Of a stretch of DNA of 64,000 nt, positions 16,324-26,977 are shown in pieces. A model generated the notes under the pieces. It made no database searches. It was given only the letters and a program-made list of their open reading frames with translations, and was not told the origin of the DNA. A program made the translations under genes and the position numbers. The first letter of the stretch is position 1; every line of letters begins with the position of its first letter. This DNA is from Bacteriovoracia bacterium (GTDB taxonomy: Bacteria > Bdellovibrionota > UBA1018 > CAIPTA01): the NCBI GenBank assembly GCA_050246755.1, contig JBFWVL010000001.1, positions 1,408,001 to 1,472,000 on the forward strand. The letters are read 5' to 3'.

Positions 16324-18741
16324 TTGCGTTTGTGGATTCGCCGCTTGGCTTGGGCTTCGGCCGTGATTGTTCCCATTTTATTGGTGCTCGCTTTTTTCGG
16401 GTTGCGCTCGGTTTCCGCCGAACTGGAAGAGAAATTCCACGCCTCGGTGGATTCGGTGCCTACCAAAGTATATTCCGGTCTTTACTGGCTGAGGCCCGGA
16501 GTGGGGGCTAGCGCGGAAGAGCTTCGCTACCGCCTGCACGAACGGGAGTATAAAGATGTGGGCGTGGCCGAGAACGTGCGCGCACCGGGAACGTTCGCGA
16601 TTCAGCTCGATGAGCAGAAACAGCTTACCCTGCTTACGATCTCCACCGTAGATTTTCAGTATCCGGCGGTGGCAAAGGAAGTTCTGTTCGGCAATCCCCA
16701 GGCGGCCACCGGGCCGGCTAAGTACTCCGTATTTTGGCGCGATGGCCAGGTAGAAAAGGTATTGGACGTCGAGAGCGCCGAGATTTCCGGCGGCTTCGCG
16801 CTCGAACCGATCCTCGTGGCCCAGCTGAATGAAGGAAATGCCCAGGCTAGAAAAACCGTTACGATCGCCCAGATCCCCCACACCCTGATGAAAGCAATCG
16901 TGCTCACGGAAGACCAGCGTTTTCTCGAGCACGGCGGAATCGACCCCCGAGGAATCATCCGCTCGATCTACGTGAACCTGCGCTCGGGATCCTACGTGCA
17001 GGGCGCAAGCACCATTACGCAGCAGCTGGCCCGGAATATTTATTTGAGCCGCGAGCGCACCATTACCCGCAAGCTGAAGGAGATGGCGGTTTCGCTTCTT
17101 CTCGAGCTGAAATTTTCCAAAGACGAAATTCTCGAGAAGTATCTGAACGAAGTGTACTTCGGGCAATCGGGCAGCGTGGCCGTGCATGGCGTAAGCGAGG
17201 CCGCGAAATTTTACTTCGACAAGAATCTCGACGATCTCACCGTGGCCGAGCAAGCCCTCCTCGCCGGGATCGTGAAGGGGCCCTTTTTCTATTCGCCCAT
17301 TCGCCACTTTGATCGCGCTAAGGCGAGGCAGGAGGTAGTGCTCACCAAAATGTCGCAGGCGGGCGTGATCACTGAGGCGCAGTATAAGAGCGCATTGGCC
17401 GAGAAATTGCGCTTCGCGCGCGTAAATCCCGTGCAGAACCGCGCGCCCTATTTCACCGATATGGTGCAGGCGCAGCTGGTTAAGGATCTACCAGAGCAAG
17501 AAGTGCTCGGCGCCGGCTATACGATCTTCAGCACCCTCGATACCTACTACCAGCACTTGGCGGAAACGAGCGTGGCGGCGGGCGTGGCCACCGTGGAAGG
17601 CCGCCTCAAGCAATTCGTGGAAAAGGAAAAAAAAGCCAAGGCGAAAAAATCGGCCAAGCAGAAGGAAGAAAATCCGGGGCAGCGACCAGACGAAGAGATG
17701 CGCTTGGTGCAGGGGGTATTCATCGCCGTGGATCCCGCGAACGGCCACTTGCTTGGGCTGGTGGGGGGGCGCGCTTACGAAGAATCAACCTACAACCGCG
17801 CGCTCTTGATGCGCCGGCAGATTGGCTCGCTGATCAAGCCGTTCGTTTATCTCACCGCGCTTATTTACGGCCGCGCGGCGGATGGAACTCCACTCAGTGC
17901 CATTTCTAAATTCGAAGATAAACCGTTTACCTACGAGTTCGACGGCAAATCCTGGACGCCGAAAAACTACGAAGACGAATTTGCGGGAATGGTTACGCTG
18001 CGTTTCGCGCTGGCCAATTCCATCAATACCGTGGCCGCCCAAGTGGCGATCGCCACTGGGCTCGATAAGGTGGTGGAAGTGGCGAAGCTTGCGGGCTTCG
18101 AGTCCGATATTCAGCCGCTTCCCAGCCTTTCGCTCGGCGCGATCGGAGTTCCGCCAATGGAAGTGGCCACGGCCTATACCACCTTGGCAAACTTCGGCTT
18201 ACGTCGGGAGCTCACCGCCACCATTTTGGTGGTAGGCGAAGACGGAAGGGCCGTGGCGCGCTACCAGCCTCGCGAAGAGAGAGCGCTGCCTCCGGAAGAG
18301 ACGGCCAATCTCGTGAATTTGATGACTTCGGTATTTGAAATTGGAACGGCCAAAGGCAGCCGGGCGGCAGGTTTCGTTTGGCCTGCGGCTGGAAAAACGG
18401 GAACCACGAATGAATTCCGCGATGCCTGGTTTGCCGGATTCTCCCGCAAGCTACTTGGGATTTCTTGGATCGGCTTTGATCGTGACGATGAGATCGTGCG
18501 TAAGCATCGGAAAGCATTGAAACTCACGGGAGCGGTTGCCGCACTGCCGGTATGGAGCAGCTTTATGGCTAACGCGCATAAAGATCAGGCGAGCCAGGCC
18601 CTCGCTTACCCGGAGAACGCATTGCGAACAATCAAAATAGATTTAATTTCTGGTGGGCGTGCGACTCTCCGCTGCATGGGTGATAGTGTGGTAGAAGAAG
18701 TGTTTACTTATCGAAATGCACCGCTCTACGAATGTAACTAG
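16324..18741 (+). CDS. mrcB: Class A penicillin-binding protein (PBP1B-like)
   Basis: EDQRFLEHGGID, GASTITQQL, RKLKE; SLIK, SIN and KTG; UB2H-like segment. Confidence 0.9.
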   Translation: MRLWIRRLAWASAVIVPILLVLAFFGLRSVSAELEEKFHASVDSVPTKVYSGLYWLRPGVGASAEELRYRLHEREYKDVGVAENVRAPGTFAIQLDEQKQLTLLTISTVDFQYPAVAKEVLFGNPQAATGPAKYSVFWRDGQVEKVLDVESAEISGGFALEPILVAQLNEGNAQARKTVTIAQIPHTLMKAIVLTEDQRFLEHGGIDPRGIIRSIYVNLRSGSYVQGASTITQQLARNIYLSRERTITRKLKEMAVSLLLELKFSKDEILEKYLNEVYFGQSGSVAVHGVSEAAKFYFDKNLDDLTVAEQALLAGIVKGPFFYSPIRHFDRAKARQEVVLTKMSQAGVITEAQYKSALAEKLRFARVNPVQNRAPYFTDMVQAQLVKDLPEQEVLGAGYTIFSTLDTYYQHLAETSVAAGVATVEGRLKQFVEKEKKAKAKKSAKQKEENPGQRPDEEMRLVQGVFIAVDPANGHLLGLVGGRAYEESTYNRALLMRRQIGSLIKPFVYLTALIYGRAADGTPLSAISKFEDKPFTYEFDGKSWTPKNYEDEFAGMVTLRFALANSINTVAAQVAIATGLDKVVEVAKLAGFESDIQPLPSLSLGAIGVPPMEVATAYTTLANFGLRRELTATILVVGEDGRAVARYQPREERALPPEETANLVNLMTSVFEIGTAKGSRAAGFVWPAAGKTGTTNEFRDAWFAGFSRKLLGISWIGFDRDDEIVRKHRKALKLTGAVAALPVWSSFMANAHKDQASQALAYPENALRTIKIDLISGGRATLRCMGDSVVEEVFTYRNAPLYECN

Positions 18742-18758
18742 AGCGAAAGGATGGGCGC

Positions 18759-19175
18759 TTGCCTCCGTTGCTTCGAAAAAAAGGCAGCCAGAAGAGAATT
18801 CAGGAACGATTGAAGCTGGTGACCGCACGGCATAAGATCTATCTTTGGCCGGAGGGTGGAACAGGAGATCCCATCTCGGGATTTGGTTTCGTTTCGGATT
18901 TTTCCGATATGGGAGTGGGAATTTACCTTAGCGAGAAGCTCAAGGTGCAAACACCGGTTACCGTGGCGTTCGAAGACCCTAAATCCGTTACTTATCGGGG
19001 CCACGTAATGTGGAGCTCGCGGCTTTCGTCCAAGCAGAATTTTTTCGGCCACGATACGCCGAAGTACCGGATTGGCATTAAGTTTATTTTTGGCACCGAG
19101 GCCGAGCGGCTGCGCTACGAAGCTTACTATAACGACGCGCTAAAGCGCGTGCTGCAAATCAGTCTTGGCATTTAG
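18759..19175 (+). CDS. PilZ-domain protein
   Basis: RxxxR (RIQER) and DxSxxG (DFSDMG), terminal IGIKF strand. Confidence 0.7.
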   Translation: MPPLLRKKGSQKRIQERLKLVTARHKIYLWPEGGTGDPISGFGFVSDFSDMGVGIYLSEKLKVQTPVTVAFEDPKSVTYRGHVMWSSRLSSKQNFFGHDTPKYRIGIKFIFGTEAERLRYEAYYNDALKRVLQISLGI

Positions 19176-19225
19176 TTTCCAATTTTAGCAAAATTGCATG
19201 ATTCTAAACCCACGAGGTACCGCCC

Positions 19226-20191
19226 ATGGCCCGCAAAATCGCGACTCTACTCTCTCTTTTCATCGTATTTTACTTAGGAGCTCACTTCTGGATTCGCTGG
19301 AAAAACCGAATTCAAGTGGACACCATCAAAACGAGCAGCCTGATCGAATGCGAGCCGCACCAAGTGCGCGGGCTTAAAGTATTGCAGCGGGAGGCGGCGG
19401 CGGAACAGATGATTGTGTTCGAGCGCACCGACAATCCGGAACCCGGCCTGCCTCCAGCCGCCCAGCTCGCGCAAGCCGAGTGGAGTGAAAGCACCCCCGC
19501 CATGGGAGAGGCTGATTCTGCTTCGTTGAACCGGCTCGCCTCGCTGGTATGCGAGCTCTACGATCCAATTCCGCAGAGGCCCGAGGAAATGGTGGAATCT
19601 TCGGCTCCCGAAAGACGGGCGCAGCGCCTGGAGGTATCGTTGGTGAGGGGTGAAAAGCTGGAGAGGCACGAAATCGATTTCGGCCAAGTGGGGCGCGACC
19701 GGCTAAACGTGATCCGTTATCGCTCCGGCAAGGGGGAACGCACGGTAAAAATTCCGCCCCAGCTGCTGCAGCTCCTTTCACGGCCCGCCAAGGATTTCCT
19801 CAATCTGCGTGTGCTGAGAAGTACTGCGGATAATATTCAAAACGCCGTGGTGTCGTTCGACGGCAAAGAACGGTTTACGCTAGAGCGCGCTGGTGCCGAC
19901 TGGAATATTTCTTCCGGCGGAAAAATAATAAAACCTAGCGAAGAGGTAGAGCGTTACCTTAATCGTTTGTCCACCCTCAAGGCCCTCGAGGCCAAGCCGG
20001 GAGTGGCCGCGGACTGTCAGAAGAAGCCGCATAGGGTTTCCCTAGAGCTAAGCCTGGTTGGCGGAAAAAAAGAGTTCGTGGGATTTGACTTCGGAAAATC
20101 GGGCGACGTGAGCGCGTGCAATGGCTCGCGGGCGGCATCGTTTCGCGTGCACCAGGATCTCGTGAAGCACCTGGATTTGGTGCGCAAGTAG
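19226..20191 (+). CDS. Membrane-anchored DUF4340-like protein
   Basis: N-terminal TM and two repeated segments of the type FER...W...AD...L..L..L. Confidence 0.55.
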   Translation: MARKIATLLSLFIVFYLGAHFWIRWKNRIQVDTIKTSSLIECEPHQVRGLKVLQREAAAEQMIVFERTDNPEPGLPPAAQLAQAEWSESTPAMGEADSASLNRLASLVCELYDPIPQRPEEMVESSAPERRAQRLEVSLVRGEKLERHEIDFGQVGRDRLNVIRYRSGKGERTVKIPPQLLQLLSRPAKDFLNLRVLRSTADNIQNAVVSFDGKERFTLERAGADWNISSGGKIIKPSEEVERYLNRLSTLKALEAKPGVAADCQKKPHRVSLELSLVGGKKEFVGFDFGKSGDVSACNGSRAASFRVHQDLVKHLDLVRK

Positions 20192-20195
20192 AGGG

Positions 20196-21011
20196 CTAAT
20201 CGTGCTCGGCTAAGAATTTTTCGAGTGCGGCCGAAAACCGTTCCGGCTGCTCGGCGTGCACATAGTGGCCGGCGTCGGGGATAGTGACGAGCGTCACCTC
20301 TTTTCGCGCGGCTTTCATTCGCTGGGCTTCGTCGGCAGGAAATTCATGGCTGCGCTCTCCGCGAATCAGCAAGGTGGGCAACTTTAGCGAGGCGAATTCG
20401 TCCATCGCGTTTTCAACCCGCCCCGTGCGAACGGTTTCGATCATTCCCGGGGCGAAAAAACGCCAATCCATCGTTCCGTCGGCGGCGGCCTCCAGATTGG
20501 CGTGGAGAAAGGTGCCGGTGAGTGGATCGTCGCGGAAATTCTCCGTGAAAAACTGCTTCGCCGCTTCCCGAGAGTGAAAAGGAGTGGGAATTCCGCCGAG
20601 TAATTTTTCGATCCACTGCAGGCGCGTGGCATTATCCTCGGCGCCGGAATCCTCCATCGTGAGGGAGCGGCAATTTTCCGGAAAAAGAGCGGCGAAACGC
20701 AATGCCACGCGCCCTCCCATAGAGTGGCCCACGATATGGCAGGAACCCCAGCCCAAGTGATCGAGCAGCGATTTTAGGTCATTCGCATAGTCTGAGGGAG
20801 AGTAGCCGGCCTGGGGCTTCGCACTGCGGCCATGCCCCCGCTGATCCAGCACCAATACTTGGCGTTGCTCGCGGAAATGCGGAGTAATTTTTCCCCAGTT
20901 GGCGGCGAAACCCATTAAGCCGTGCAAAAACACCAGTGGCGGCAAAGTATTGGCCGCCGATTCGGGCCCTTGGACTCGGAAGTATAAGGATTCTGGGGGG
21001 ACTATTGACAT
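20196..21011 (-). CDS. Alpha/beta hydrolase (YbfF-like esterase)
   Basis: HGLMG, DQRGHG, GHSMGG nucleophile elbow, AGHYVHAEQP; start uncertain (21011 or 21041). Confidence 0.9.
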   Translation of the reverse strand: MSIVPPESLYFRVQGPESAANTLPPLVFLHGLMGFAANWGKITPHFREQRQVLVLDQRGHGRSAKPQAGYSPSDYANDLKSLLDHLGWGSCHIVGHSMGGRVALRFAALFPENCRSLTMEDSGAEDNATRLQWIEKLLGGIPTPFHSREAAKQFFTENFRDDPLTGTFLHANLEAAADGTMDWRFFAPGMIETVRTGRVENAMDEFASLKLPTLLIRGERSHEFPADEAQRMKAARKEVTLVTIPDAGHYVHAEQPERFSAALEKFLAEHD

Positions 21012-21033
21012 CGGTTTCTCATGCTTATATTCT
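21005..21033 (+). promoter_or_regulatory. Sigma70 promoter of rho
   Basis: TTGACA-N17-TATTCT. Confidence 0.8.
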
Positions 21034-21157
21034 CGCCTCAACAGAACTTATCCTTAATCACCTTCTAGTTCTGAAATTTCAAGGTCAATCCCAGCAAGTT
21101 TCTCAATTCAACATTAAATAATGTTCAATTTCACAAAGTCAGTACGGAGTTTATTCC

Positions 21158-22735
21158 ATGAGCGATAACGATTCGCAAAATAACGATAGTCCAAACGAAG
21201 GTCGCGGCGGCAGTGGCGGAGGCGAACGTCCTCAGCGGCGCCAATTCCAGAATCGTGATCGTGGAGATCGTGGCGGTGGCGGAAAGCCCCGCGGAGATCG
21301 CGAAAATCGCGGTGGCGGGGAACGAGGAAATTATCGCCGTGGCGGAGGAGAGGGTGATCGCCCTCGCCAGAACAACCAGCACGCCGCGGAAGATGCCCGT
21401 GAAGAAGCGGCCGAAGCGGCGGCGGTAGCGGCTTCGGGAGTGCCCGATTCTTTGGATCCCGCGAATCCTCCCCGCGACGTAAAGATTCTGCAAATGAAAG
21501 ATCTCAAGGCGAAGAAGCCCCACGAATTGGCGGAGCTCGCCACGCAGATGGGAGTGGAAAACGCCGCGGGTTTGCGTAAACAGGAAGTGATCTTCCATAT
21601 TTTGCAGTCCACGGCTTCTGGAGACTACGCCGTGTTCTCCGACGGGGTATTAGAATGTTTGCCGGACGGATACGGCTTCCTTCGTTCTCCGGACTATAAC
21701 TACCTTCCCGGACCAGATGATATTTACGTTTCTCCCTCGCAGATCCGCCGTTTCGGCCTTCGCACCGGCGATGGCATTACCGGCCAGATCCGCCCGCCCA
21801 AAGACAACGAGCGCTACTTCGCCCTCCTGAAAGTAGACTCCATTAATTTCCAGACGCCTGAGCAATCGCGCGAACGCGTGCTCTTCGACAACCTGACCCC
21901 CCTCTACCCCACCGAGCGTTTCAAGCTCGGCGACGACGGAAAAAATTATTCCACGCGTATCATCGATATGATCGCGCCCATCGGCAAAGGCCAGCGCTGC
22001 TTGATCGTGGCCCCGCCGAAGGCCGGTAAAACGGTTCTCCTCCAGAGTCTCGCGAACGCTATCACCACCTACAATCCGGAATCCTTCCTGATCGTATTGT
22101 TGATCGACGAACGCCCCGAGGAAGTGACCGACATGGCTCGCTCGGTAAAGGCCGAAGTGGTGAGCTCTACTTTCGATGAGCAAGCTTCTCGTCACGTGCA
22201 AGTGGCCGAGATGGTGCTCGAGAAGGCAAAACGCTTGGTGGAAACCGGCAAAGACGTGGTGATCTTGCTCGATTCGATCACCCGCTTGGCTCGCGCCTAC
22301 AACACCGTGGTTCCTCCTTCCGGAAAAATTCTTTCCGGGGGCGTGGATTCCAACGCCCTTCACCGCCCAAAACGTTTCTTCGGCGCTGCTCGTAAAGTGG
22401 AAGAAGGGGGCTCGCTTACCATCGTGGCCACTTCTCTCGTGGATACCGGATCCCGCATGGACGAAGTGATCTTCGAGGAGTTCAAGGGAACGGGTAACTC
22501 CGAGATCGTGCTCGATCGTAAATTGCTCGAGAAGCGGATCTTTCCGGCGCTCGACATCAATAAGAGCGGTACCCGTAAAGAAGAACTTCTCATTCCCGAA
22601 AAAGACCTTCAGCGTATTTGGATTCTCCGCCGCGTTCTGCAGCCGATGAATACCATCGATGCGGTGGAATTCTTGCTCGACAAGGTTTCCCATACCAAAT
22701 CGAACCGGGAATTCATCGATTCGATGAGTAGCTAG
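21158..22735 (+). CDS. rho: Transcription termination factor Rho with N-terminal low-complexity extension
   Basis: [46 protein letters not shown]. Confidence 0.98.
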   Translation: MSDNDSQNNDSPNEGRGGSGGGERPQRRQFQNRDRGDRGGGGKPRGDRENRGGGERGNYRRGGGEGDRPRQNNQHAAEDAREEAAEAAAVAASGVPDSLDPANPPRDVKILQMKDLKAKKPHELAELATQMGVENAAGLRKQEVIFHILQSTASGDYAVFSDGVLECLPDGYGFLRSPDYNYLPGPDDIYVSPSQIRRFGLRTGDGITGQIRPPKDNERYFALLKVDSINFQTPEQSRERVLFDNLTPLYPTERFKLGDDGKNYSTRIIDMIAPIGKGQRCLIVAPPKAGKTVLLQSLANAITTYNPESFLIVLLIDERPEEVTDMARSVKAEVVSSTFDEQASRHVQVAEMVLEKAKRLVETGKDVVILLDSITRLARAYNTVVPPSGKILSGGVDSNALHRPKRFFGAARKVEEGGSLTIVATSLVDTGSRMDEVIFEEFKGTGNSEIVLDRKLLEKRIFPALDINKSGTRKEELLIPEKDLQRIWILRRVLQPMNTIDAVEFLLDKVSHTKSNREFIDSMSS

Positions 22736-22756
22736 GGCCTATAAACAGCTCTTATC

Positions 22757-22798
22757 AAAGGGATCGCTGACAAAAGTTAGCGATCCTTTTTGTTTTTT
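22757..22798 (+). terminator. Intrinsic terminator after rho
   Basis: AAAGGGATCGCTGAC-aaaa-GTTAGCGATCCTTTT followed by a U tract. Confidence 0.8.
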
Positions 22799-22879
22799 AG
22801 GGCCCCGAGCCGAATAGTTTTTGTTCGCCCGCAACCCATGGTACCTATGGCCAAACTTTGAATCTTGGGGGATATCACG

Positions 22880-25426
22880 GTGACCAAAACTTTGGCCTTG
22901 GGCCTTCTGTTAGTGAGCAATCTTTCCGCCTTTGCAGCTGCGGATTTCGCGTCGGCACCAGCGGTAGTGGCACCCCGAAGAATTTCCGATTCCTTCGCCC
23001 CGGCCCCCGCCTCCGGTACCCAGCGCTTGCAGAGTCTTTTTCCTGAAAACGGGATGTATCTCCGGATCCTAAAATCTTCCCTCGAGAAGGAATTTTTGCT
23101 GCAAGCCGGATTGATCCCGCAGCCAACTATTCCCTTGGGCCAGTCTCTTCGTTCCCGCATCGTGAGCTTTAGCCAAAAGGGCAATCGCGTGTATATGCTC
23201 GAAGCTACCCAGGGCCACGCGATCACCGATGAGCTGCCGCAAACTTTAATCATCACTTCTTTTCCGATTGTCTCGGAGCAGACGGATGGCCTCACGATCG
23301 ATTTCAATTTGGGGATGAGCGAAATTTTCGCGTCTTCCGACTGGAAAGCTTCTGATTTAGAAGCGGGCTTTCCGGACTTCGAATACAAAACGGTAAAAAC
23401 CAAAAATAGTTTTCTGAAGCGCTTAGAGCTGGTGGGCAACAAGCTCGTGGTGCACCAAGTGGCCAGCCTCGACGTGACCATGGGAGGAAACTTCGAAAGC
23501 GATACCGTGGAAGTACGCTACTACCTTTCCCCTTACGAGCCCAACGCCGGATTCGAATCCACGCTGGGCACCGATTTCACCCGCATGGGATTTTTCGAAG
23601 TAGCCCCAATTTTTAAAGCCGACGGAAAAGTCGTGACCCGTGCTACCAAATTCGACCTACGTAAGCCCATCGTGTTCGCCATTTCCGCGAATACGCCGGC
23701 TAATTTCCGTCAGGCCGTGAAGGATGGGATCCTTTATTTTAACAAGATCTTGGGTGAAGGAAAAATCCAAGTGGTGGACGCGCCCGCGGGAGTGACTGCG
23801 CCCGACCTCGAAAGAAATATTTTCCAGTGGGTGAAGTGGGATACCGGTATGGGAGCTTACGCCGATGCGCAAATGGACCCCCGCACCGGTGAGGTAACCC
23901 ACGCCCAAGTGTATATGGGCAGCGTTTTTGCGTTTCAGGGAAAGAAAGAGGCGCGCCGTCTCCTGGCCCGGCTCAAAGCCGCCGGTGAGAAGCCCGAAAA
24001 AACACAGTTTACCTTGCGCGGATTTCGCCCTTTCGCGAGCTGCGAAATGGCCGACACGAAGGCGTTGCAGGCCTCCCTCGAAAAGATCGCCGATTCTACC
24101 GACGACGATGCCGCCGCGCTCAAAGCCGCGCAGGATTACGTGCGTGAAGTTACGGCCCACGAAGTAGGCCATACGCTGGGCCTCCGCCACAACTTCGCCG
24201 GCTCCCTCGCTGCGAATGTGAGCAGCGATGAAAAGCAGAAGATTTTTACCGACTACGTACAGGGTAAAAGCGTTCCGGAATCCACCATCGTGACCAGCTC
24301 CGTGATGGACTATACCTCGCTCGTGGATTCCGTGATCACCGGCTACCACATCGTCAATTCCAAGGAAGCGATGGCCTACGACACCAAGGCTCTCCAAGCG
24401 CTCTACTTCGGCAAAAAGTTTTCCAGCGAAGAGCTCCCGCTTTTTTGTACCGATAGCCACGCCGGCGGGAATTACTTCGACTGCATCCGTTTCGACCAAG
24501 GTAAAAATCCACTCTTGAATTACGCCGCAGAATCGCGCCGTGAATCCGCATTTTTGGCCGATAAAATTTTCGAAGAGTTCCTCGAGCAAAAAGAGGCTAA
24601 GAATGAAGGGTACATAACCAGTTTTTATTTCTATCCCAGTGGTTTCGCCAACGCTGGTAACTGGAGCCGTACTTTTCGCCTCGGTTCTCTCCTGAGCAAA
24701 ATGAAGTTTCTCAGCATATCCCGGTCTTTCCCGAACGAAAGCGGCGTTTACGAGCGTGGGATCGAAGCGGGCAACGTGCGCCTGATCGAGGAGCAATTCG
24801 CTCAGGCCGGCGGAGTGGCCTCGGCTTTCGCCACGTTTCCCTTGGAAACGCTGGCGGGCCAAGAGCAGCGTTTTGGGGAAATCCTAGAGCAACGCGGCAC
24901 CAAAGAAGGCTTAACCACCGAAGAGATTGCGGAGATTCGTTCGCTTTCGTTAAGGCTGTTCGCGCAGCTGCCGGAAGCCTTCGTGAAGGCGGATCTAACT
25001 TCCTTCGCCGGCGCCACGGAAGCGGGTAAAAAATTATTCCGTGATCATGAGCTATCCGACCAGCTCGCTGCTTATATGGCGCAGTTTGCGGCAAAAGTAA
25101 TTTTCGCCACTTCGGAATCCACCATTGAATCGGAGATTAAAATTCCGCAAGAGGCCGGCGAGCCTCGCACGGTAAGAATTTCTCTTCCTAAGTTCCGTTT
25201 TGATCTCGCCATGCGAATTGCGGCCGCTAAATTGCTGGATCCGGCCCGCGCAGTGAGTCCAGTTTGGGCAATGCAGGACCGCTCCGTGCTCCGTGAACGC
25301 CTGAAAAAACTGATGGAAGACGCTTTCACCTCTCCCATAGATAAGCTGCAGGCGCCGAAACTACCTCCGGCCGTGGCGCGCTGGCTGATCGAAAACAAAA
25401 AGGTATTGGCAGCGCTTCCCGAATAG
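22880..25426 (+). CDS. Secreted zinc metalloprotease (metzincin, DUF5117/DUF4953-type)
   Basis: Signal peptide (AFA), DPRTGEV, HEVGHTLGLRHNF, Met-turn SVMDY. Confidence 0.9.
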   Translation: MTKTLALGLLLVSNLSAFAAADFASAPAVVAPRRISDSFAPAPASGTQRLQSLFPENGMYLRILKSSLEKEFLLQAGLIPQPTIPLGQSLRSRIVSFSQKGNRVYMLEATQGHAITDELPQTLIITSFPIVSEQTDGLTIDFNLGMSEIFASSDWKASDLEAGFPDFEYKTVKTKNSFLKRLELVGNKLVVHQVASLDVTMGGNFESDTVEVRYYLSPYEPNAGFESTLGTDFTRMGFFEVAPIFKADGKVVTRATKFDLRKPIVFAISANTPANFRQAVKDGILYFNKILGEGKIQVVDAPAGVTAPDLERNIFQWVKWDTGMGAYADAQMDPRTGEVTHAQVYMGSVFAFQGKKEARRLLARLKAAGEKPEKTQFTLRGFRPFASCEMADTKALQASLEKIADSTDDDAAALKAAQDYVREVTAHEVGHTLGLRHNFAGSLAANVSSDEKQKIFTDYVQGKSVPESTIVTSSVMDYTSLVDSVITGYHIVNSKEAMAYDTKALQALYFGKKFSSEELPLFCTDSHAGGNYFDCIRFDQGKNPLLNYAAESRRESAFLADKIFEEFLEQKEAKNEGYITSFYFYPSGFANAGNWSRTFRLGSLLSKMKFLSISRSFPNESGVYERGIEAGNVRLIEEQFAQAGGVASAFATFPLETLAGQEQRFGEILEQRGTKEGLTTEEIAEIRSLSLRLFAQLPEAFVKADLTSFAGATEAGKKLFRDHELSDQLAAYMAQFAAKVIFATSESTIESEIKIPQEAGEPRTVRISLPKFRFDLAMRIAAAKLLDPARAVSPVWAMQDRSVLRERLKKLMEDAFTSPIDKLQAPKLPPAVARWLIENKKVLAALPE

Positions 25427-25634
25427 CGGCCACCAGGGGATAAGGCGCGCCCAATAAAGCCCAATCTTTTCAGTCGGTTGCATGGTGGATTGGGTGGCCT
25501 CAGGCCGGGTTGTGAACTGCCCTCAAACTGTGCTAAACCCTTGATCTCCGTTCACTGTTTTTCAAAGTTTTCACCCAAGAGCATTAACGGGAAATCTTCG
25601 GATACTCCCCGCTCTTGCACTAAACGAGGTTCTT

Positions 25635-25859
25635 ATGAAAAAAGGCATCCACCCCCGCTACGTAGACACTACCGTTACTTGCAACTGCGGTAACAAAATG
25701 GAAATCGGCGGCTACGTTCCCGATCTTAAAGTAGAGATTTGCTCGAACTGTCACCCCTTCTATACCGGCACCCACAAGGTGATGGATACCGAGGGTCGTC
25801 TTGAGCGCTTCAAAAACAAATACGCTAAATCGACTATTCCCACTTCTGGGAAGAAGTAG
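25635..25859 (+). CDS. rpmE: 50S ribosomal protein L31 (zinc-binding type)
   Basis: [22 protein letters not shown]. Confidence 0.98.
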   Translation: MKKGIHPRYVDTTVTCNCGNKMEIGGYVPDLKVEICSNCHPFYTGTHKVMDTEGRLERFKNKYAKSTIPTSGKK

Positions 25860-25909
25860 TTCGTCTCGGCGCGGATTTCTGAAAAGCGATTTTCGCTGAG
25901 GGCATACGT

Positions 25910-26977
25910 GTGTTCAAAAAACTCGAAGCAGTAGAGAGACGATTTGAAGACCTGGAGCGTAAGCTTCAGGATCCTTCTATCAACTCCAATGATATCCGCA
26001 AGCTCTCTAAGGAGCATGCGGATCTGCGTGAGTTGGTGGACACGTACCGTATTTTTAAGCAGACTGAAAAGGATCTGGCTTCCGGCAGAGAACTGATGAA
26101 CGACAGTGATCCCGAGATGCGTGCCGCTGCGAAGGAAGAAATCGTGGCGGCCGAGCAGAAGATCGAGGAGCTCACTAAGCAACTCAATTTCCTCCTGATT
26201 CCCAAAGACCCTAACGACGAGAAAAACGTGGTGCTTGAAGTGCGTGCCGGTGCCGGGGGCGACGAGGCCGGCCTTTTTGCCGCCGAAGTTTTCCGCATGT
26301 ACCAGCGCTATGCCGAGAAACGCGGCTGGCGCGTGGAGGTGCTGAACGTGAGTGGTACCGGAATTGGCGGGCTTAAAGAGGCCACCGCCTTGATTACCGG
26401 AGATAAAGTTTATTCGCGCCTGAAGAACGAAGGTGGCGTGCACCGCGTGCAGCGTGTTCCCGATACGGAAACGCAGGGACGCGTGCACACTTCCACGGCT
26501 ACGGTGGCGGTGCTCACCGAGGTGGAAGAAGTGGACATCCAGATCAATCCGAACGATTTGCGTATCGATGTGATGCGCGCCTCCGGTTCCGGCGGACAAA
26601 GCGTGAACACCACCGATTCCGCCGTGCGCATCGTGCATATTCCCACTGGCACCGAAGTGAAGTGCCAAGATGAGAAAAGCCAAATTAAGAACCGCGATAA
26701 GGCGATGAAAATTCTGCGCGCGCGATTGCACGCGGCTGAACAAGAAAAAATCGACGCCGCGCATTCCGCCGCGCGCCGCTCCATGGTGGGCACCGGCGAC
26801 CGCTCGGAACGGATCCGTACCTATAATTTTCCCCAGAGCCGGCTTACTGATCACCGCATTGGCTTAACCGTGCATAACTTGCCCGATATTATGCAGGGCC
26901 AGATCGATCCGGTGATCGACGCTCTCATTGCCCACTCGCAGGCGGAGCTGCTGAAAAACAGCGCTAGCGTACTTTGA
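25910..26977 (+). CDS. prfA: Peptide chain release factor 1
   Basis: PxT motif (VPDTE), GGQ, RSERIRTYNFPQ. Confidence 0.98.
   Translation: MFKKLEAVERRFEDLERKLQDPSINSNDIRKLSKEHADLRELVDTYRIFKQTEKDLASGRELMNDSDPEMRAAAKEEIVAAEQKIEELTKQLNFLLIPKDPNDEKNVVLEVRAGAGGDEAGLFAAEVFRMYQRYAEKRGWRVEVLNVSGTGIGGLKEATALITGDKVYSRLKNEGGVHRVQRVPDTETQGRVHTSTATVAVLTEVEEVDIQINPNDLRIDVMRASGSGGQSVNTTDSAVRIVHIPTGTEVKCQDEKSQIKNRDKAMKILRARLHAAEQEKIDAAHSAARRSMVGTGDRSERIRTYNFPQSRLTDHRIGLTVHNLPDIMQGQIDPVIDALIAHSQAELLKNSASVL

Noticed and set aside
21650-26854. Long antisense ORFs (347, 401 and 364 aa) opposite rho, the metalloprotease and prfA
   Set aside because: Shadow frames of GC-biased coding genes; no motifs or translation signals.
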